A DNA stretch of 64,000 nucleotides, taken from positions 140,316-204,315 of the forward strand of contig JBAZUT010000002.1 in assembly GCA_041661265.1 (NCBI GenBank), given 5' to 3'. The stretch is from Minisyncoccota bacterium. Its GTDB lineage: Bacteria; Patescibacteriota; Minisyncoccia; JAHIHE01; JAGLIN01. Below, piece by piece: positions 59,801 through 64,000 of this stretch. Under the pieces are notes generated by a model, which worked only from the letters and a program-made list of their open reading frames with translations, ran no database searches and was not told the DNA's origin. Made by a program: the position numbers and the translations under genes. The stretch's first letter is position 1. Every line of letters starts with the position of its first letter.

Positions 59801-62340
59801 AAATTCGGCGTGCTGGCATATGCAGGACTCGGGGTTATGGTTACCAAAGTCATGACAGGAGATGCGTTCGACGAACCTGAACATGCTGCTAAAGGATTGG
59901 ATTCATTGCAATCCTCTCCCACAAAATCGCGAGTGCCATTGTTTATTCCAAGCTGATTCCAGCACGATCCCCCTGTTGACTTGCATGAACAATTTGAAAG
60001 CGTCGCACCGGTCACTCTCAGGGTCCCGCCCGCACCGGTTGCGCTGGTTCCCGGAAGATCAAAAAATCCCGATCCCATCCAGTCTATGAGACCTCCGTTC
60101 TTCGCCTCAAGAACAGTTGAAGAGCAGTTGGGAGCATAATAAGTGTCAAGTCCGGTCATATCGATCGTCCCGCCATTTTGTCCGCAAACTCCGAAATTTT
60201 CGCACGAATTGGCATGTATCCCGCCCTTGAAATAACCCGAACCAGTTATACTGACATTTCCCGCTTTTCTTGAGCTTGATGTTGAGATCAGACTGCCGGA
60301 ACCCTCAACGCCGATGCTTCCGCTGCCGGTCAGATTCACAACGCCTCCGTTCACGCCGGCAATATTCGTGTTCCCGGTTTTGATCAACGACGATCCGCTT
60401 AATACTGTGTCATTTGAAAAAGTTATATTGACATTGCCGCCTGTTTTTGCCGGCCCGCCTGCCGCATTGCTCCCCTCGGTATAGATCTTCAAATTCGATC
60501 CTCCCGGAAAAATCGAGGCCCCACCCGCCCCGGTAACATCCAAATTTCCGCCGTTTCCAGTCAAAGTGTCCGGAACACTGAGGTCAACAATAAGCCCTCC
60601 GTTCGGATAGAAGATATCTCCGCCGGTCATATTGATATTTCTGGCGTTCGTGCTTGATGTTGCTTTTCCGTCTATCAGAACTTCAGTGTTCGCTCCGACA
60701 AACTTGTTTCTGAAATCGATATCCGTTCCCGTCAGGTCAAGATCGCTCGACAGGATTATTCTCAGAGGATTTGGCGTGTTCGCATTGACATCAATACTGA
60801 CGCCTGTATGCGAACCTCCAAGATAGCATGGATTTTGGGTTATCGTGCAATTTCCAGAAACTGGACAGCACTGAGACGCCGTGACCATAAATGAATATTT
60901 TCCCACTGCGGGACTCAAGCTGATATTTCCGGCTCCATCAGTCGCTTCCGATTGATATTCGATCACATCGCCCGGAGTAAGCGGACCGTTTATCGCAAGT
61001 TGATGCAAACCTCCCGTAGCCCAGGTGCTCACAGGCTGAAGGACTCCGTTTATCCAATATCTTATCTTGTGATCAACGATTATGCCTGAATCATCCGAGG
61101 CTGTTGAATAGATCGTCACTTTTTCAGTGGGTTGATCGATATCCGCATAATTGACAACTCCCCCATCAGCAACCTGAACACCCAAAGAATCCGGCCTCCA
61201 TGCAGCTGTCGTCAAAGTTGGATTTATCGTGTCGGGAATCCCGCTGATTATACTGAATTTGCTCGTGCCTTCAGAAGAAACATAAGAATATCCGCTTCTG
61301 AAAGAAAGACCGTAAGGCATATCTAGATTGGCAGAATCCTGTAAGAAATCCGCTATTACTGGATTATTAGCGTTAGAAATATTAACTAACGTTAAAGTAT
61401 CGGAATCATAAGCGGAAACATATGCCATGAAACCGAAAACCTTAACCCCTTTCGCACCATTCAGTCGATTATTGTCTTTAACAGAACCGACTATTACAGG
61501 ATTCGCAGGATCAGAAATGTTCACAATGGTCAATCTGTCTCCTTCAGGTGTCACAGGTCCCGTCCCACGTGATGTCACATAAGCGTAAGGACTGGCAATA
61601 TCAACTCCATATGCTGTATTCAGCTGCTCATCATCCCTCACGGATCCCACATAACTCATTGCAAGGGGATTGGAAATATCTATAATAGTCAATCGATTAC
61701 CTTCGGTCGGACAAGCACCATTTCCTCCTCTCGCCGTAACATATGCAAGACTGCCGACAATTTTCAAATCCCACGCTCCGCATAATTCATTATTTCTCTG
61801 AATTGATGATGCAACGGAAGGGTTTGCCGGATTTGAAATGTTCACTGCCGTTAATCGATTTTGATATCTCGCAGTTACATACGCATAATTTCCCGAAACA
61901 AAAACGCCCGTTGGAGTATCAAGATTTACTCCATCGGCTACAAAACCCGCAATAAATGGCACTGCAGGATTTGTAATATCTACAACACTTAATGTGTCGG
62001 CTGCGCGCGATACAACATATGCGTAATTTCCATATACATAAACACTGTATGCCTCGTTAAGCGTTACCCCATCACAGACCGATCCGACATAACTGGGAGC
62101 TGTCACAGTTGTAATGTCGAGAATTGTAAGACAATCAACAGAAGGTGCGGTCACATAAGCATAATTACCGGAAATTGTCGAATTCCATGCGCCGCTCATA
62201 TTCGGATGAGTGTATGAACCGACTATTCCGAGCGCTGCATCCGCCTTGCCGGCAGATAAACTTGAAATTAAAAATAAAACCAAAAAACACAAAAGGCTCG
62301 TGATCGTTTTTCTCACTTTTGAAATGTTTTTTAATTTCAT
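53884..62340 (-). CDS. giant secreted surface protein (~2818 aa): signal peptide, LVIVD-repeat beta-propeller, Fibrobacter-succinogenes-type paralogous domain, FN3, 3 x ~355-aa Gly/Asn-rich tandem repeats, GW-rich C-terminal region; C-terminal tail ...SERPKWNEAAP
   Basis: Start taken at the internal MKLKNISKVRKTITSLLCFLVLFLISSLSAGKADA; the listed ORF runs to 62430. LVIVD repeats (GNYAYVTA...LTIIDISNPANP). FISUMP-like block (GNQCWTKENL...GGLYQWTEAL...GLCPAGWHIPQQSEFDIL). An FN3 shared with the 1164-aa ORF. Three GKGYAADQGAGSGNTGGN... repeat units. Confidence 0.85.
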   Translation of the reverse strand: MKLKNISKVRKTITSLLCFLVLFLISSLSAGKADAALGIVGSYTHPNMSGAWNSTISGNYAYVTAPSVDCLTILDITTVTAPSYVGSVCDGVTLNEAYSVYVYGNYAYVVSRAADTLSVVDITNPAVPFIAGFVADGVNLDTPTGVFVSGNYAYVTARYQNRLTAVNISNPANPSVASSIQRNNELCGAWDLKIVGSLAYVTARGGNGACPTEGNRLTIIDISNPLAMSYVGSVRDDEQLNTAYGVDIASPYAYVTSRGTGPVTPEGDRLTIVNISDPANPVIVGSVKDNNRLNGAKGVKVFGFMAYVSAYDSDTLTLVNISNANNPVIADFLQDSANLDMPYGLSFRSGYSYVSSEGTSKFSIISGIPDTINPTLTTAAWRPDSLGVQVADGGVVNYADIDQPTEKVTIYSTASDDSGIIVDHKIRYWINGVLQPVSTWATGGLHQLAINGPLTPGDVIEYQSEATDGAGNISLSPAVGKYSFMVTASQCCPVSGNCTITQNPCYLGGSHTGVSIDVNANTPNPLRIILSSDLDLTGTDIDFRNKFVGANTEVLIDGKATSSTNARNINMTGGDIFYPNGGLIVDLSVPDTLTGNGGNLDVTGAGGASIFPGGSNLKIYTEGSNAAGGPAKTGGNVNITFSNDTVLSGSSLIKTGNTNIAGVNGGVVNLTGSGSIGVEGSGSLISTSSSRKAGNVSITGSGYFKGGIHANSCENFGVCGQNGGTIDMTGLDTYYAPNCSSTVLEAKNGGLIDWMGSGFFDLPGTSATGAGGTLRVTGATLSNCSCKSTGGSCWNQLGINNGTRDFVGEDCNESNPLAACSGSSNASPVMTLVTITPSPAYASTPNLAALVSATDADGDPITYAYQWKKGGVDIAGATASTLTSANYVAGNVITVEVIPNDGTVNGASMLSAPTTILAALTNACPPFPSAADVEGNIYNTVKIGNQCWTKENLTLGKMISRKLDDNVTYQDQTDNGIVEKYCYGYMTDGNAGQIATGNNNCNMYGGLYQWTEALRVPNSCRTGDCSAFITQPVQGLCPAGWHIPQQSEFDILRNYVIGFYGYSDAEAELDQGGQAGFEALWSGSYSFNNFWDIGADTHLWSSTQINASDAFLRYLYSGVPKGGDPDSWSKVDANSIRCVISSPDKVTGLAAAAGNAQVVLSWTAPADGGSPITNYKVYRSSPTNGSYSLLIAGGCSSLGNVLTCTDTGLVNGTTYYYKVSASNIIGEGPQSDEASAVPVAPCAGIDHGGANWTPTDGDAWDLNATAGIIDIAGTHCNINNFSIPAGRTVYVKAYDGTNYGKVEIIATSGNIAATGVLNAVGRGYAADQGAGSGNLGGNTYGSITNPNEMGSGGESGAFAGRRGAGYGGKGGAGTGGCCGAPATGGAGGGSVKLTISNILTLDGSINASAVNSTGTRAGGSGGSIYVDVNNLAGAATGSMIANGGSAGASNDNGGGGGGRIAYYFNSKTYTGTAVAFGGARTGAATYGGAGTVYSKNKSDALNPNGYLTLDNNGFSGEITPLENSMLIDILTVANGAHLSINSGVNLDAYNTGVWSFSSITNNGNFSALGVASLTVTGVLNNNSYFDVRNINNLTINNTATVTNNGNLIANNVPNLTIDGTLIVNTFSPTTTSFASLVNMTVNGTLGHLANNNTPVNYIDLTLDNLTVNAGGKIDAAGKGYAADQGAGSGNTGGNAYGSITDPNDLGSGGKSGSFQNNRGGGFGGIGGDGGSAWAGAGAPAGGGTGGGLVKLTIGNTLMLNGTINVSGSNATGTRAGGSGGTIYVDTNNFGGAATGSMIASGGNGGNTNNNGGGGGGRISYRYNAKSYLGSAIAYGGAPSGSAVYGGAGTIYSKDKDDGANPNGYLSLINNGVAGEMTPVGANMNIDYLTITNGGHFKINPGVNITALNTGAWSFWGITNNGTFTANGVTNLTSVGVLDNNSLFTVNGADVININGIGTNTGNLNAISLGFTDMTLNGNFTVNTFSPTTTNFPNLRNLTIAGTLSHIANTNAKVNYIDLNLNNLTIIAGGKIDAIGKGYSADEGPGSGNTGGNTYGSLTNPNDLGSGGQTGSFQNNRGGGYGGIGGDGGSAFAGAGAPASGTGGGMIKIMITNSLTNSGIIDASGLSAVGPRGGGAGGSIFLISNNLTGLASGLITSNGGNGGNINGNGGGGGGRIVNCSNSNTYGGSFNVNGGTGINGGDNGQQGTVFQCVPPTVSGLSVAGPINNCTSDNRYDLSWTYQSNTTPQFAQKSYRIRVYDDAGKTNNILNTGIVLSSSTTYDADFGAAAYGKTLYWDLTVWDETDVLSSAVTDGPNITTDPSKPGCEAQNSNVMGFAWSSTAGWISFNSKNCDVDKDGIYEGNSEGVPVGSTPAPPGCQTNGAVKSYGVNLDSGGILSGYAWSENIGWITFGYGVSGDPDFGDISGCPSGACQASLDGAGDFIGWARACSVFSADCSGALKNPWETGDWDGWINLKGNINNCDTDNNGRLDVSCGGDGIILADDCDTDNNEFLDVACGGIDNLTIPVNSGNYKVILSGGNFNGWAWGGDVTGWISFCNGADYCVSVGTFNPSVTNANATSIDPCRQDPWAERISWVFTDVEDDAAGTSQSAYRVDVERSDLAVCSTGKQFDFINTLTGNDINGFCPGFIDYGNFTYSWNVTVYDSEDNASAVTPGVKFPYNSSDPNSPIATPDHSYPVANFSYSPDTDILQFMDVTLDPFNDVSGNPLAEPTSVAAGYYIKEMEWIFGDGTPNDIDTFSDPGPALGYNVVHNYADQGTFAVDLKVTDSSAQVYSCYASERFTLQPIDVMSERPKWNEAAP
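55700..58400 (-). repeat. intragenic tandem repeat, 3 copies of ~1065 bp (~355 aa), inside the 2818-aa giant gene
   Basis: Nucleotide-level similarity between 56040..56300, 57090..57340 and 58150..58400. The protein units each begin G(K/R)GY(A/S)ADQGAGSGN and contain GGGFGGIGGDGGSA and GGGGGGRI(S/A/V) blocks. Boundaries are approximate. Confidence 0.7.
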
Positions 62341-62363
62341 TTTTGTTTTAAACTTCTGAATTA

Positions 62364-62936
62364 TTAGTAAGACTCTTTTATCTGAACCCCTCCCTCGCCG
62401 ATCGCCGTGATATCCGTAACCTCTCCGCATTTATTGATCATTAATTTATATGCATCATTATCTTTTTGGAATGGGACCATTTTATCCTGTCCATCGATCT
62501 TCAAAGTGAATCCTGCTATATCGCATTTTTCACCTGTCAGAACCCGAACCTTGATCTCCCCAAGATCGTCTTTACATTCTCCTTTTGCGATCACAGCAAG
62601 TCTTCCGCCGCATTCCGTGACGTCGGCGTTCGCCTTTTCCCTGTCGGACTTTTCGCGATATTTCTTTTCGATAACATCATTGAGATCGGCTGTTTCAATC
62701 CCATAATTTCCTCCGCAGTCGTATATCTTGCAGCTTTTCGATTCCCGCTCATTGCATAGGTAATTGAGATCGCAACTCTTATCAGCGCAATTATCTTTCA
62801 ATATGCTGCATTTTGCGAAATCAATGCCCTTTTCACCGGCTTCTCGCTTGGACAATACGACAGCCAGGATCGCTCCCAATATAAAAATCGACGAAATAAA
62901 AACAAACAGGGCAATATCTATATTTTTATTTTTCAT
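62364..62936 (-). CDS. Cys-rich single-pass membrane protein (190 aa)
   Basis: TM helix IALFVFISSIFILGAILAVVL and an ectodomain with ~14 Cys (CSILKDNCADKSCDLNYLCNE...). Confidence 0.5.
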   Translation of the reverse strand: MKNKNIDIALFVFISSIFILGAILAVVLSKREAGEKGIDFAKCSILKDNCADKSCDLNYLCNERESKSCKIYDCGGNYGIETADLNDVIEKKYREKSDREKANADVTECGGRLAVIAKGECKDDLGEIKVRVLTGEKCDIAGFTLKIDGQDKMVPFQKDNDAYKLMINKCGEVTDITAIGEGGVQIKESY

Positions 62937-62958
62937 TTTTATCTCTTTCTATATTGAA

Positions 62959-63291
62959 TTAGAACGTTTTGTCAAACGGATTATCCCTGCTATTCGGAGT
63001 GCTTTTCTTGATCAGATTATCCAGCTTGTCGTTATATTTATATTCCCCGAATTGTTTATTTCCGACAAGGCTCTTTATCCCTTCACCGGACATCATTCTC
63101 TCATATCTCTCATAAGGATTAAGGCTTATAGCGGCATAATCGCCTATATCGCTTTCTCCGACAACCAGCGAAAACGAGTAATAGATTGCGACCGCAAAAA
63201 ACATGATAAACATAAAGACAGAGAATATGGTATCTTTTCTTCCCTTTACTCCATTTAAAAAATTTTCACTGTTTAACGTTTTAAAATTCAT
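62959..63291 (-). CDS. small single-pass membrane protein (110 aa); could be a PilN/PilO-class pilus assembly component
   Basis: TM helix IFSVFMFIMFFAVAIYYSFSLVV. Lies next to the PilO-like gene. Confidence 0.4.
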   Translation of the reverse strand: MNFKTLNSENFLNGVKGRKDTIFSVFMFIMFFAVAIYYSFSLVVGESDIGDYAAISLNPYERYERMMSGEGIKSLVGNKQFGEYKYNDKLDNLIKKSTPNSRDNPFDKTF

Positions 63292-63302
63292 TTCCGAATA
63301 AA

Positions 63303-63929
63303 TTAATAATAATATGAACTCATTACAATACTCGCGCTAACGGTCTTATTCGTATTTTCAGCGACAATCGCGTCCGCCTCTTTTTGCGCAGTTTTATCGC
63401 TCACGGAAATGCTCAAATTGCTTATTCTGAGCATAGGTACATTGCGCTCGATTGAATGGATAAACATCAGGACATCGCCATAGTCTCCACTGGCTTGGAA
63501 TCCATAATTGACCACTTTCGCCTCTCCGCCGCTAAGACTGATCGCGCCCGCATCTGCTTTTGACGCGATCCCCAAACCGCTCAGCTCAACCTTCATAACT
63601 CTCGCCAATATGTCCAAATTGGACAGGTGAAATTCTATCTTATCATCCACAGGAATGAACGTCTTGATCTTTTCAACGTCGCTTTCGCTTACATCTCTCA
63701 CCTTTCTCTCAAAAGATCGCATTTTGGCAAGAGTCTGATTTTTTTTATCAAGATTGGCGCTTCTCAATCCGTCCTCCAGTTCTGCTATCTTCATATTTTT
63801 ATACGCAGGAACAATAAATGAGAAGAAAAGGACCATCCCGAAAATGAATGACGCGATTGAAAACATCATTTTTCCCGACAAAATTCCTTTTGTGCTGCTA
63901 ACAGTCAATATATCAGGTCCTATGTTCAT
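63303..63929 (-). CDS. PilO-like type IV pilus assembly protein (TM + coiled coil + C-terminal domain)
   Basis: N-terminal TM MMFSIASFIFGMVLFFSFIV, then a helical segment (KIAELEDGLRSANLDKKNQTLAKMRSFERKV), then a ~100-aa C-terminal domain. This architecture is typical of PilN/PilO. Confidence 0.45.
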   Translation of the reverse strand: MNIGPDILTVSSTKGILSGKMMFSIASFIFGMVLFFSFIVPAYKNMKIAELEDGLRSANLDKKNQTLAKMRSFERKVRDVSESDVEKIKTFIPVDDKIEFHLSNLDILARVMKVELSGLGIASKADAGAISLSGGEAKVVNYGFQASGDYGDVLMFIHSIERNVPMLRISNLSISVSDKTAQKEADAIVAENTNKTVSASIVMSSYYY

Positions 63930-64000
63930 TTTGTTCTATTGATAATTTTATATGACATTTCTCGATCACGGCTTTTATTTTTGATCATCTTCACCGTTTA
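63926..64000 (-). CDS. 3' end of an upstream minus-strand gene (only the last ~24 codons are in the window)
   Basis: The open frame ends in a TGA that overlaps the ATG of the PilO-like gene (ATGA overlap). Confidence 0.3.

Noticed and set aside
32170-60089. Internal and antisense ORFs within the giant genes (for example 34370..34783, 54460..55170, 56924..57292 with Pro-rich translations).
   Set aside because: These are reading-frame shadows of Gly/Ala/Pro-rich repeats on the opposite strand of the giant ORFs. Each lies wholly inside a continuous 1164-2848-aa frame.
31742-62340. I considered whether the supercluster is a compositionally foreign (higher-GC) island.
   Set aside because: Spot counts of 60-nt samples give ~50% GC in the giant genes. 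They give similar values (~50-55%) in purF and pheT, and 38-48% elsewhere. The strong contrast is between coding and AT-rich intergenic DNA, not between island and core. A proper sliding-window GC and codon-usage analysis would be needed.

Overview
The window comes from a compact bacterial genome with AT-rich intergenic spacers and coding regions of roughly 45-55% GC (spot counts only). Most genes have no obvious Shine-Dalgarno sequence and nearly all are on the minus strand. This suggests an uncultivated small-genome lineage such as CPR/Patescibacteria, but that assignment is inference only. Positions 1-31,700 hold housekeeping genes: queF, purF, dus, ftsE/ftsX, prfB with the classical +1 programmed frameshift, gyrB, pheS/pheT, a Nif3-family gene and a type-2 IPP isomerase. 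This half also has a 2-TM K+ channel, a CaCA exchanger, six tRNAs (Gln, Thr, Gly, fMet, Met, Asp) and two decayed tRNA copies. Both decayed copies carry the same palindromic hairpin, TCCGCC-N4-GGCGGA. Downstream of tRNA-Asp lies a 16-nt att-like direct repeat and a ~240-nt GC-rich, highly structured segment bounded by two matching terminators. A standalone 154-aa ORF resembling only the C-terminal glycyl-radical/Zn-ribbon domain of the anaerobic ribonucleotide reductase NrdD sits upstream of ftsEX. Positions 31,742-64,000 form one uninterrupted minus-strand supercluster. It combines type IV pilus-like genes (a PilO-like protein, PilC/GspF and three GFTLLE-type pilins) with three giant secreted multidomain proteins. 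The giants are 2650, ~2818 and 1164 aa and carry FN3 arrays, LamG domains, LVIVD repeats, a Fibrobacter-type paralogous domain and a 3 x ~355-aa Gly/Asn-rich tandem repeat. All three end in a shared tail, K-W-(N/D)-E-(A/T)-(A/T)-P. Two of them sit in a repeated three-gene module: giant protein, then a small single-pass membrane protein, then a Gly-rich fibre protein with an N-V-G-I-G-T motif. I propose this as a candidate previously undescribed pilus-linked giant-adhesin and fibre surface system.
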